Source: Patescibacteria group bacterium
Lineage (GTDB): Bacteria > Patescibacteriota > Doudnabacteria > UBA920 > O2-02-FULL-48-8
Length of the DNA stretch: 64,000 bases
Direction of reading: 5' to 3'
Assembly (NCBI GenBank): GCA_036278915.1
Contig: DASUKB010000001.1
Coordinates: forward strand, 173,186-237,185
Below, piece after piece: positions 56,066-64,000 of the stretch. The position numbers were made by a program, and so were the translations under genes. Numbering within the stretch: the first letter of the stretch is position 1; each line of letters starts with the position of its first letter. Below the pieces are notes generated by a model. That model was not told the origin of the DNA and searched no databases. It saw only the letters and a program-made list of their open reading frames with translations.

Positions 56066-56404
56066 ATGGAAAAGATTGAATCAAACAATTTTAAGTCTCC
56101 TGAAGTTCCCAAAGATTCGCAAGAATTTTTGGAACAGGTTGAGCATGCCGCGCGCGCTCGCAAGCCGGAGAATTCCGCTCTGAGCGAAAATGGGGTGGAA
56201 AGCGATACGCGCGATCTTCACCGGAGCATCCGAACGCAGAATGAAATAACAGCGGCCGAAATCCCGCAAGAGCTTGACTCACAACAGAAAACTCGAGTTC
56301 TCAACGAATTGCTTAAGCCGACAGATGACGAAATCAGCCATCCGACGCTTGAACCCTACGATGAAATAGAAAATATCCTCAAAAAAGCCATTCCTGGCGA
56401 ATAA
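56066..56404 (+). CDS. acidic disordered 112-aa protein, hypothetical
   Basis: ORF between giant protein and ATPase. Glu/Asp/Ser-rich. Confidence 0.4.
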   Translation: MEKIESNNFKSPEVPKDSQEFLEQVEHAARARKPENSALSENGVESDTRDLHRSIRTQNEITAAEIPQELDSQQKTRVLNELLKPTDDEISHPTLEPYDEIENILKKAIPGE

Positions 56405-56438
56405 GTTTTCCAAGTTGTAAACGCAAACAAAAACCTAA

Positions 56439-58964
56439 ATGAACAGCACAGTCGCAATATTTTTTTGGATCATACTCGTAGCCGTCCTCGGACTGGTTGG
56501 TTTGATGTTGTATTTTTTCCTCCATGATTATTTGCGCAAAAGCACATGGGGCCCGCGGATTTTGAACTCAGTGTTTTTGGAAGTCACAGTCCCAAAAGAA
56601 AATTCCGATCCAAGCCAGGAGGCGGCCAAAGAGGAAAAAGACATCATCGCCATCGCGGAGCAGTTTTTTACAACCATAGCCCACGCGGAGGACAAGCGCG
56701 ATATCCAGCATTTTTTAAACATCAACGATTATATTTCATTTGAGATTGCGGCCACAGGCAAAAAGATTTCATTTTATATAAATGTGCCGCGCAAACTTCA
56801 GCCGCTCGTGGAAAAGCAGCTCCACGCCCAGTATCCCAAAGCGCAAATTGATCAGGTTAAGCCTTATAACATCTTCCACAAACACTCAAGCCAGGCCGCA
56901 GCCGAACTGGTTTTGCAAAAATCGCACATCTATCCGCTCCGGACGTACAAAGCCATGGAAACTGATCCCTTGAATGCCCTTACAAACAGTTTGTCCAAAC
57001 TTATGGAAGATGAAGGCGCGGCTATCCAGCTGCTTATTTCTCCGGCAGGGTCTGAATGGCAAAGCAAACCCCGCCATTTGGCGCTCGAGATCCAGCAGGG
57101 CAAAAATCCATCGGATGTAACGGCTACTATGAGCGAAAAATTTCTACGCGGTTCAGGTAAATTCGCAGGCGAACTTTTGAGCGAGGCGTTTGGCGCCAAG
57201 AAAAACCCAAACAAATTTGACCCGTCGGGAATGGACAAACCGATAAATTTAACGCCGATGCAGCAGGAGATCGTGAAAAAATTTGAAGAGAAAGCTTCGC
57301 GCACCGGGTACAAATTCAATTTGCGCGTGGTGGCATCTGCTCCGGACGCGCAATCGGCCGAGCTGCATTTGAAAAATATTACAGCAAGTTTTATGCAGTA
57401 CAGCATGCCGCCGTTCAATGGCTTCAAGGTCAAATCCATAAACACCAAACGAATCGTGACTGACTATGTATTCCGCGTGTTCCGCAATACTTCAAACGTA
57501 CTCAACACCGAGGAGATTTCATCGATCTGGCATCCGCCGACTCGGTTTACCGAAACGCCGAATATAAAATGGCTGACCTCAAAAAAAGCACCTCCGCCGC
57601 AGGATTTGCCGCCGGAAGGAGTTATCTTGGGCGAAAGCATCTATCGCGGAGTCAAACAAACCGTCAGGATTGCGCGCGATGACCGCCGCAGGCACCAGTA
57701 CATAATTGGCCGCACCGGCACTGGCAAAACCGAGCTTATGAAAAATATGGCTATCCAGGACATTCGCGCAGGCGAAGGCGTAGCCATAGTGGATCCGCAC
57801 GGCGATCTGGTGGAAGATGTTTTACAGTATGTGCCCAAAGAACGCGCCGGCGACGTTATCCTTTTTGAGCCGTCCGACATGGACCGGCCGCTGGGACTCA
57901 ATATGCTGGAGATTTCTGACCCATCCCAAAAAGATTTTGCGGTGCAGGAGATGATCTCAATTTTTATGAAGCTGTTTCCGCCGGAAATGATCGGACCGAT
58001 GTTTGAGCACAATATGCGAAATGTAATGCTGACGCTTATGCAAGACCACCAGTATCCAGGCACGATTGCCGACATTCCGCGCATGTTTACCGACACGGAT
58101 TTTCAAAAATACAAAGTTTCAAAAGTTTCAGATCCGATAGTGCGCAGTTTTTGGGAAAAAGAAATGGCCAAAACTTCGGACTTCCATAAATCCGAAATGC
58201 TGGGGTATCTTATTTCCAAAGTCGGTCGTTTTGTGGAGAACGAAATGATGCGCAATATAATCGGCCAGCCGCATTCATCATTTGATTTCCGAAAAGTTAT
58301 GGACGAAGGCAAAATTCTGCTTATAAATCTTTCAAAGGGCAAAACCGGCGAGGTGAACGCCAAACTTTTGGGACTTATAATCGTCTCCAAGCTTCAGATG
58401 GCGGCGCTGTCGCGCGCGGACGTAGCGGAAGACTCACGAAGAGATTTCTATTTGTATGTTGATGAGTTCCAGAATTTCGTCACGGACAGTTTCGCTACTA
58501 TCCTTTCGGAAGCGCGCAAATACAGGTTGAATTTAATAATGGCCCACCAGTTTATTTCTCAGTTGTCCGCCGAAAAAGAAGGTTCGTCTGGCCTGGATAC
58601 CTCTATGCGTGACGCTGTGTTTGGCAATGCGGGGACTATGGTCTGCTTCCGCATTGGCGTGGATGATGCCGAAATTATGGCCAAAGAATTTGCGCCGGTG
58701 TTCAATGAGTTTGACGTCATCAACATCGACCGGTTCAACGCCTGCGTTAAACTTATGATCGCGGGCACGGCCTCCAGGCCTTTCAATATGCACACGTTCC
58801 CCAAACCGCAGGATGCCAATCCGGAGTCGGCAAAGATTATTCGCGGCATGTCGAGACTGGCATTTGGCCGATCTCGCGCGGACGTGGAAAAAGACATTTT
58901 GGAGCGCACTAAGTTGGGGAGTCCGGAAAAGAGCGGCCCAGCCGCTGTGGAGCGAACACTATAG
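56439..58964 (+). CDS. type IV coupling-protein-like ATPase (TraD/TrwB/VirD4 family, FtsK-HerA superfamily) with N-terminal TM and ~390-aa unique N-domain
   Basis: TM IFFWIILVAVLGLVGLMLYFFL. Walker A GRTGTGKT about 25 aa upstream of IVDPHGD (TrwB has GATGTGKS...IVDPNGD). Walker B FYLYVDEF. ARKYRLNLIMAHQFISQL (T4CP Q-x-x-SQL motif). Confidence 0.65.
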   Translation: MNSTVAIFFWIILVAVLGLVGLMLYFFLHDYLRKSTWGPRILNSVFLEVTVPKENSDPSQEAAKEEKDIIAIAEQFFTTIAHAEDKRDIQHFLNINDYISFEIAATGKKISFYINVPRKLQPLVEKQLHAQYPKAQIDQVKPYNIFHKHSSQAAAELVLQKSHIYPLRTYKAMETDPLNALTNSLSKLMEDEGAAIQLLISPAGSEWQSKPRHLALEIQQGKNPSDVTATMSEKFLRGSGKFAGELLSEAFGAKKNPNKFDPSGMDKPINLTPMQQEIVKKFEEKASRTGYKFNLRVVASAPDAQSAELHLKNITASFMQYSMPPFNGFKVKSINTKRIVTDYVFRVFRNTSNVLNTEEISSIWHPPTRFTETPNIKWLTSKKAPPPQDLPPEGVILGESIYRGVKQTVRIARDDRRRHQYIIGRTGTGKTELMKNMAIQDIRAGEGVAIVDPHGDLVEDVLQYVPKERAGDVILFEPSDMDRPLGLNMLEISDPSQKDFAVQEMISIFMKLFPPEMIGPMFEHNMRNVMLTLMQDHQYPGTIADIPRMFTDTDFQKYKVSKVSDPIVRSFWEKEMAKTSDFHKSEMLGYLISKVGRFVENEMMRNIIGQPHSSFDFRKVMDEGKILLINLSKGKTGEVNAKLLGLIIVSKLQMAALSRADVAEDSRRDFYLYVDEFQNFVTDSFATILSEARKYRLNLIMAHQFISQLSAEKEGSSGLDTSMRDAVFGNAGTMVCFRIGVDDAEIMAKEFAPVFNEFDVINIDRFNACVKLMIAGTASRPFNMHTFPKPQDANPESAKIIRGMSRLAFGRSRADVEKDILERTKLGSPEKSGPAAVERTL

Positions 58965-58965
58965 T

Positions 58966-59014
58966 AAAAATTGATCTAATTTCTAAAATTTAGGTCAATT
59001 AAAAATTATAAATT
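58966..59014 (+). promoter_or_regulatory. conserved AT-rich upstream module copy 3 (palindrome CTAAA-A-TTTAG + TCAATTAAAAATTATAAATT)
   Basis: Aligned to 2451-2518 and 14730-14784. Confidence 0.45.
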
Positions 59015-59425
59015 ATGAAGAAGCTTAATCCTAAAGATAACGCCGCTCATCTGTTTTGCCTGTTTCTGGCAGAGGAAATGCGAAAACGCACGATTTCGCT
59101 TGGTCAGGCCAAGGAAATGGCGCGCGCCGTAGTGGCTCACAAAAATCTTGTCGATAACGAAGAGCATATGTTGCGGCTGGTTATCGAACTTTCCAAAGAT
59201 TTCCCGCAACTCAAGAATTTTGAAAAAAAACTTGCGGAATATATTGAGAAGACAACACGCTCCAAACAAGAACTTTTGATTACAGAGTTTGTCTCGCAAA
59301 TTATGGATTCCGACCCAAACCAGGCCATGAGAATTCTGGATGACGCTATAGAGTCGTCTTACAATTTGGACGCTCTCAAAGCTAAGTATCCAGAACTTGG
59401 ACAATTTTTAAACCAAAACCAATGA
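59015..59425 (+). CDS. hypothetical helical 136-aa protein
   Basis: ORF directly after module copy 3. No family recognised. Confidence 0.5.
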   Translation: MKKLNPKDNAAHLFCLFLAEEMRKRTISLGQAKEMARAVVAHKNLVDNEEHMLRLVIELSKDFPQLKNFEKKLAEYIEKTTRSKQELLITEFVSQIMDSDPNQAMRILDDAIESSYNLDALKAKYPELGQFLNQNQ

Positions 59426-59562
59426 TCGAACAACCTGAAGCCAAACCAAAATCAGTAGAATCTCAGCCTGAAGTTTCAGACGAGACTTTGCAGGAAATCA
59501 TTAATATGCTCGAGGAGTGCTATTCGTTGGACGACCTTTCGAAAAAATTTGCCTCGCTTTGA
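59422..59562 (+). CDS. possible 46-aa acidic micro-protein, ATGA-coupled to 59015 gene
   Basis: aaccaATGAtcg: start overlaps upstream stop. MIEQPEAKPKSVESQPEVSDETLQEIINMLEECYSLDDLSKKFASL. Confidence 0.3.
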   Translation: MIEQPEAKPKSVESQPEVSDETLQEIINMLEECYSLDDLSKKFASL

Positions 59563-59639
59563 ACAATTTGGTATAATTCTTATGTTGTTTAAACATTTCT
59601 GAAACCAAAGCAAAACCAATATTTAGCTAAATTGGATAC

Positions 59640-59668
59640 TTGACCTCCCTGTGGATAAGTGGTAATAT
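59640..59668 (+). promoter_or_regulatory. sigma70-like promoter TTGACC-17-TGgTAATAT
   Basis: Spacer contains a consensus DnaA-box-like TGTGGATAA (single copy). A second extended -10 TGgTATAAT lies at 59569-59577. Confidence 0.45.
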
Positions 59669-59766
59669 ATCTTGGTGTTAATTGCTTTTCTGAAATAAAA
59701 ACAGGATTATTTCGTAGTAATTCAAGACGCACATACTTACAGGAAATTAAGATCCAGAACAAATTT

Positions 59767-60372
59767 ATGGACAATACCAACAACCTGGCGCTAATTGCGC
59801 AAATGATAGAATCCGCTGAAAAAAACATTCAGTCTGCCAAGCAGCTCTTGCGCGACCTTATGGGCGGCCGCATGCCTTCTATAGACACATCCGAAATTTC
59901 AAGACGGGCGCAGAATCTTTCCGTTTCGGAAGGAGGTAAAATTATCGAAGGCGTGTTTGACGGGCAAAATATGATTGGGCCGGATGGCAAACAATATCCG
60001 GTGCCGGCTAATTACGCTTCAAAGAGCAAGCTTGTGGAAGGCGACGTGCTTAAATTGACCATTGCCGATGACGGCTCATTTATCTACAAACAAATCGGAC
60101 CCATAGAACGCCGCAAGATCCTGGGCCTTTTGAGCCAGGACGAAAAAGGCGAATACCGCGTCGTGGCCGAAGGCAAATCCTTCAAAGTCCTGCTGGCTAG
60201 TTTGACTTATTTTAAGGCCGAGCCGGGGGATGAAGTCACTATAGTTTTGCCCAAGGATTCTGATGCGACCTGGGGCGCTGTAGAGAACGTCATTAAGCAG
60301 GGTACCGCTCCGGCGGCAGGAATTCCAACTGCCAGCAAGAGCTCGGACGAAACAGAACTAGAAGAAATATAA
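59767..60372 (+). CDS. hypothetical protein (202 aa from ATG 59767)
   Basis: ORF track begins 59659 (inside promoter). First ATG 59767 gives MDNTNNLALIAQMIESAEKNIQ.... Confidence 0.5.
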   Translation: MDNTNNLALIAQMIESAEKNIQSAKQLLRDLMGGRMPSIDTSEISRRAQNLSVSEGGKIIEGVFDGQNMIGPDGKQYPVPANYASKSKLVEGDVLKLTIADDGSFIYKQIGPIERRKILGLLSQDEKGEYRVVAEGKSFKVLLASLTYFKAEPGDEVTIVLPKDSDATWGAVENVIKQGTAPAAGIPTASKSSDETELEEI

Positions 60373-60381
60373 CTCCAATAC

Positions 60382-60837
60382 ATGCCAGAAACATTGCCAG
60401 ACAGTCCGTCAGCATATAGTAAAATCGTAGGTCAGTTTATTCGGTTCGCGGTGGTTGGTATTGTGAACACGGCAATCAATTTTGTCATTGTGCTATTGCT
60501 TTCAAGCTTGTTCGGCATTACCAAAGGCGAAAAAATCATTTGGATTTCGATGGTGGGCTTCATAGCCGCTACTACCAATAGCTATTTTATGAACAAAGCC
60601 TGGGCATTCCATGACCAAAGCCATGGAGGCGCCCAAAAGCCCACCATTTTTTTGGCTGTGAGCTTAGTAGGGCTGGCGATTAACAGTGGGATAGTGTACT
60701 TTGTCACGACGCATGTAAATCCAATACTAAATTTGGGTCCTCACATCTGGGAAGTCGTCGCACTCGTCGTGGCCACCGGTATCAGCCTTATTTGGAATTT
60801 TATAGGCTATAAATTATTTGTGTTTAAAAATAGTTAG
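60382..60837 (+). CDS. GtrA-family membrane protein (polysaccharide/glycolipid translocation accessory)
   Basis: 151 aa, 4 TM. N-terminal FIRFAVVGIVNTAINFVIV GtrA signature. Confidence 0.75.
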   Translation: MPETLPDSPSAYSKIVGQFIRFAVVGIVNTAINFVIVLLLSSLFGITKGEKIIWISMVGFIAATTNSYFMNKAWAFHDQSHGGAQKPTIFLAVSLVGLAINSGIVYFVTTHVNPILNLGPHIWEVVALVVATGISLIWNFIGYKLFVFKNS

Positions 60838-60907
60838 GGTAGACAATCACAAAAGCGGCTATGAGCCGTTTTTTATTTTGTCCGAAATTGTGGTAAAATA
60901 AAGCGCT

Positions 60908-62464
60908 ATGAGTAACCTTGTTTTATATCGCAAATTCCGATCGCTGTCGTTTGCCGACTTGGTCGGACAAAATCACGTAAAACTCACACTGACCCACGCC
61001 GTGGCCAACCACCGCCTGGGGCACGCGTATCTTTTTTGCGGCCCGCGAGGAGTAGGCAAAACTTCAGTTGCCAGGATTTTGGCTCGCGCGGTGAATTGTC
61101 CGAACGCCAAAGAGGGCGAACCCTGCAATGAGTGTGAAATTTGCAAAGAATTCCTTAATGGCACGTCACTGGATGTTTTGGAGATCGATGCGGCCAGCCA
61201 CACCGGCGTGGATAACATCCGTGAACTTATAGAACACTTGCAGTTTGCGCCAACGCGCGCGCAGTACAAAGTAATCATCATCGACGAAGTCCATATGCTC
61301 TCACGCGGCGCGTTCAATGCCCTGCTCAAAAGCCTGGAGGAGCCGCCTGCCCATGCCATTTTTATATTGGCCACCACTGAAGTCCATAAATTACCAGCGA
61401 CCATAGTTTCTCGCACCCAGCGCTTTGATTTCAAAAAAGGCTCTGTGGCCGATCTTACTGCAAGGCTTAAATTTGTCTGCAAACAGTCGCAGATTTCCGC
61501 ATCCGAGGAAGCGATAGCTATAATTGCCCAATCCGCGGATGGAAGTTTCCGAGATGCCTTGTCGCTCTTGGATCAGGTGGCAAGTTTTGCGTCAGGCGAG
61601 ATTACACCCGAACTTGTGGAAGACGTGCTGGGCAAGACGAGCTTTAAATCCTGTTCGGATTTTTTTGATTTGATATTGTCGGTCCAGACATTGGAAGCGG
61701 TGCGGTTTGTGTCGGAATTGTCCTTCGCGGGACGCGATTTACTGCAGTTCCAGAAAGATTTTTTGGAATACCTCCGCCAAAGCTTGCTGCTTAAAGTCGG
61801 GGTCAAAACGGAAATTATTTTGCCGGAAGAGCAATTGCAAAAATGTACAAATCAGATAGGAAAGATTTCATTGGACCAGCTTGTAAGGATTATAGAGGTA
61901 TTCCAAAAATCCGGGTCTGAACTCAAATGGACAGCTATACAGAGCCTGCCTTTGGAACTGGCCGCGGTTGAGGCGATAAGCCTATCAGAATCATCTGTGT
62001 CATTGCGAGGAGCACCTCAAAAATCACCTGCTGCGACGAAGCAATCTGTCTCTAGTGAAGAGATCGCCACGTCCCGCCGAAGCGGGGCTCGGCAAGACAA
62101 TGATCCCCAATTATTACAGCAGGTAACTGAAAACTGGCCTAAGATTTTGGAAAAATTGAAAGATTACAACCATTCGCTTATTCCAAGCCTGAAGCTTGCC
62201 CACCCAGTGGAAATAATAGACCAAGAGCTTGTGGTAACTTTTCCGTATAAATTCCACAAGGATGCAGTGGAACAGCGCAAAAATAAAATTGTCGTGGATC
62301 AGGTCATCGAAGAAGTTACGGGGCTTAAGCTTATGATCAAGCCAGTGGTGGAAAAAGACTGGCAGGCAAATCCTCGGCCGACGGACGAAAAACCAGCGGC
62401 GGATTCCGGTGAAAATCTTATGGAATCTGCGCTGAAGATTATGGGTGGAGAAGTTGAAAGCTAA
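60908..62464 (+). CDS. dnaX: DNA polymerase III subunit gamma/tau
   Basis: 518 aa. GPRGVGKTS Walker A, Zn module CNECEIC, DEVHML Walker B, SRT sensor motif (IVSRTQRF). Confidence 0.9.
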   Translation: MSNLVLYRKFRSLSFADLVGQNHVKLTLTHAVANHRLGHAYLFCGPRGVGKTSVARILARAVNCPNAKEGEPCNECEICKEFLNGTSLDVLEIDAASHTGVDNIRELIEHLQFAPTRAQYKVIIIDEVHMLSRGAFNALLKSLEEPPAHAIFILATTEVHKLPATIVSRTQRFDFKKGSVADLTARLKFVCKQSQISASEEAIAIIAQSADGSFRDALSLLDQVASFASGEITPELVEDVLGKTSFKSCSDFFDLILSVQTLEAVRFVSELSFAGRDLLQFQKDFLEYLRQSLLLKVGVKTEIILPEEQLQKCTNQIGKISLDQLVRIIEVFQKSGSELKWTAIQSLPLELAAVEAISLSESSVSLRGAPQKSPAATKQSVSSEEIATSRRSGARQDNDPQLLQQVTENWPKILEKLKDYNHSLIPSLKLAHPVEIIDQELVVTFPYKFHKDAVEQRKNKIVVDQVIEEVTGLKLMIKPVVEKDWQANPRPTDEKPAADSGENLMESALKIMGGEVES

Positions 62465-63041
62465 AAACAAACTGAAACGATGCCCCTGGCCTGGTGAGGA
62501 TAAGCTTATGATTCTCTACCACGACCGCGAGTGGGGTGCGCCCCTGCACCGTGACCTGAAAATTTACGAATTTTTGGTTTTGGAAACGTTCCAGGCCGGG
62601 CTTTCGTGGCGCACTGTTTTGCATAAACGCAAAAATTTTCAACGGGCGTTTGCGAATTTTGATTTCCGCAAAGTTGCCAAGTTTGGCAAACGGGAAATAG
62701 ACAAACTGCTTGGTGATGCGGGCATAATCCGCAACCGTGCCAAGATTGAAGCGGCAGTGCACAACGCCCGATGTTTTCTACATGTACGAGATGAGTTCGG
62801 CACTTTCGACAAGTATATGTGGAGTTGGGTTTCGGGTAAACCTATAGTCCACAAAATAAAATCAGCTAAAGATTTGCCAATCTACAACGACGAAGCAGTC
62901 AAATGGGCCAAAGACCTAAAAAAGCGGGGATTTAAATTCCTGGGTCCTACGGTGGTGTACGCGCATATGCAAGCAGTGGGCATGGTAAATGACCACATGG
63001 TTGACTGTTTTAGATACAAAAAATTGCGCTATAGCGCATAA
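62445..63041 (+). CDS. tag: DNA-3-methyladenine glycosylase I
   Basis: YHDREWGAP..E.FQAGLSWRTVLHKR..F matches Tag (HhH-GPD-like, zinc). Overlaps dnaX 3' end by 20 nt. Confidence 0.85.
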   Translation: MEKLKAKNKLKRCPWPGEDKLMILYHDREWGAPLHRDLKIYEFLVLETFQAGLSWRTVLHKRKNFQRAFANFDFRKVAKFGKREIDKLLGDAGIIRNRAKIEAAVHNARCFLHVRDEFGTFDKYMWSWVSGKPIVHKIKSAKDLPIYNDEAVKWAKDLKKRGFKFLGPTVVYAHMQAVGMVNDHMVDCFRYKKLRYSA

Positions 63042-63050
63042 AATTTTTGG

Positions 63051-63122
63051 CTGGGGAGGAAGGGATCGAACCTTCGTATGGGGGCTTCAAAGGCCCCTGC
63101 CTTACCGCTTGGCTACTCCCCA
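63051..63122 (-). tRNA. tRNA-Gln (anticodon UUG)
   Basis: Minus-strand read TGGGGAG-TA-GCCAAGCGGTAAGGC-A-GGGGC-CTTTGAA-GCCCC-CATAC-GAAGG-TTCGATC-CCTTC-CTCCCCA-G. 7-bp acceptor stem, anticodon loop cuUUGaa, TTCGATC T-loop. Confidence 0.8.
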
Positions 63123-63132
63123 AAGCCTCGTA

Positions 63133-63161
63133 AATATAGCAAAAATTTAGTATAATTTCAA
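63133..63161 (-). promoter_or_regulatory. sigma70-like promoter TTGAAA-17-TATATT for tRNA-Gln
   Basis: Minus-strand read. -10 ends 8 nt before the tRNA 5' end, so transcription likely starts at or near the mature 5' end. Confidence 0.45.
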
Positions 63162-63266
63162 TGCTTGGAAGACGCCGGTTGTATATGTCATAATCATATT
63201 GAACAACTATTTTGTTGTGCAAAACGGAGATAACTAAAAAGTAAGAACCAAGTAAGAGCGAGGTAA

Positions 63267-63722
63267 GTGCCAAAATTGATACAAAAAATCAACAGGATTA
63301 TATATAGAATTATTGAGCCGATTTTCCCGTATGTCCGGGATGCACTTTTGGCGTGCGGTATTATTCATCATCATGGCCGGCAGCGGTATCCGGTAGGATT
63401 TTTGGAAAAAAATAAAAATGCGCAAGAGTTTGAAAATTATCTCGGGCGCTTAGGCTTCCGAAAAAACAAAATTGCCTGGAAGGACGAAGGGGAAATTCTA
63501 GGCATGCGCAAGCTGGATGGATTTGATTTTTGCTATCACATTCGGATTTTTTCGGACGGTGAAGTGCGCGGACACTACGAACGTACCGTAGAAAGCAATG
63601 CCTGGAACCATTTTTTTGAAATCGGCATGGAACCGCGTACTCAAGACTTTAGGAAATTTACACAGCCTTTTCTACAGGCTGTACCGGAATTTGAAATATC
63701 AACTGCCACAGTAACGAGCTGA
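63267..63722 (+). CDS. hypothetical protein (151 aa)
   Basis: GTG-start ORF with varied composition. 65-nt convergent overlap with the ATP-grasp gene, so one of the two ends may be mis-set. Confidence 0.4.
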   Translation: MPKLIQKINRIIYRIIEPIFPYVRDALLACGIIHHHGRQRYPVGFLEKNKNAQEFENYLGRLGFRKNKIAWKDEGEILGMRKLDGFDFCYHIRIFSDGEVRGHYERTVESNAWNHFFEIGMEPRTQDFRKFTQPFLQAVPEFEISTATVTS

Positions 63723-64000
63723 CATCGCGTGGCTCGCCCTGGTACGGGTGGTGGTGCAAATCCAAAAATGGGGAGCTGTTGCACTCAATTACACCGCAAA
63801 GTTTTTGGCCCCTGTAGCTTCTACTCATGTCGTTGATGATAAAATCAATGCCAATGACCGGGTCATCCACGACTTTGGCAATTTTTTCAAAAAGTTGTTT
63901 GTTATCTGGATGCACATTGTCGGTGAAGTCTTCCGTGATTGCGCCCACGCCGCGACTGACTTTGTCTGACAGATATACTGCATCACCGTCCTTTGGTATT
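63658..64000 (-). CDS. ATP-grasp family enzyme, C-terminal part (gene continues past window end)
   Basis: Minus frame open to position 64000. CGVIECNSSP matches the ATP-grasp (I/V)E(V/C)N-x-SPG signature. Confidence 0.5.
   Translation of the reverse strand, partial: IPKDGDAVYLSDKVSRGVGAITEDFTDNVHPDNKQLFEKIAKVVDDPVIGIDFIINDMSRSYRGQKLCGVIECNSSPFLDLHHHPYQGEPRDVSSLLWQLIFQIPVQPVEKAV

Noticed and set aside
59654-59662. Perfect DnaA-box-like TGTGGATAA (and a near-match at 38757-38765) considered as replication-origin signal
   Set aside because: Single isolated boxes inside a promoter spacer. No cluster, no dnaA/dnaN nearby.

Overview
This is a 64-kb, low-GC chromosomal window, densely packed with housekeeping genes. 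I infer a reduced-genome bacterium, plausibly Patescibacteria/CPR-like. The basis is gene content only: a minimal glycolytic cluster, many tRNA synthetases, two mreB paralogs with mreCD-mrdA, many small membrane-anchored secreted proteins, GT-C glycosyltransferases and dockerin-like repeats.

Gene order, with strand blocks:
- 296-12109 (+): pfkB kinase, fba, gap, two paralogous secreted proteins, pgk, gpmI, recJ, rnhA.
- 12117-13391 (-): PEGA-domain protein.
- 13473-27884 (+): murA, mreB-like, holB, BNR lipoprotein, frr, rseP, proS, mreB-mreC-mreD-mrdA, NRAMP transporter, greA.
- 28468-36993 (+): lysS, rdgB, serS, murF, ftsQ-like, ECF sigma/anti-sigma, Mu Gam-like gene.
- 37042-40627 (-): two GT-C (GT39/83-like) glycosyltransferases flanking a small AbrB-like ORF.
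- 40697-44692 (+): processive GT2, GT4 phospho-sugar transferase, DUF192 lipoprotein, rplU.
- 44762-51295 (-): recR, a GC-rich patch, dnaB, two small SD-driven ORFs, cysS, corA-like transporter. A + strand secreted paralog (46108-46914) lies within this block.
- 51452-63041 (+): small acidic protein, 1396-aa giant membrane protein, acidic 112-aa protein, TraD/TrwB/VirD4-like (FtsK-HerA superfamily) coupling-protein ATPase, small ORFs, GtrA, dnaX, tag.
- 63051-63122 (-): tRNA-Gln(UUG).
- Window end: a + strand hypothetical ORF and a partial minus-strand ATP-grasp gene.

The most interesting items:
- An orphan T4CP-like ATPase translationally grouped with a giant protein and small acidic partners.
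- Two unannotated paralogous MazE/AbrB-like micro-ORFs with phased palindromic operator-like repeats.
- Three families of conserved intergenic/leader elements.
- A solitary Mu Gam-like gene in a GC-elevated patch.
- Leaderless promoters with an extended -10 TGGTATAAT.

No CRISPR array or rRNA was seen.
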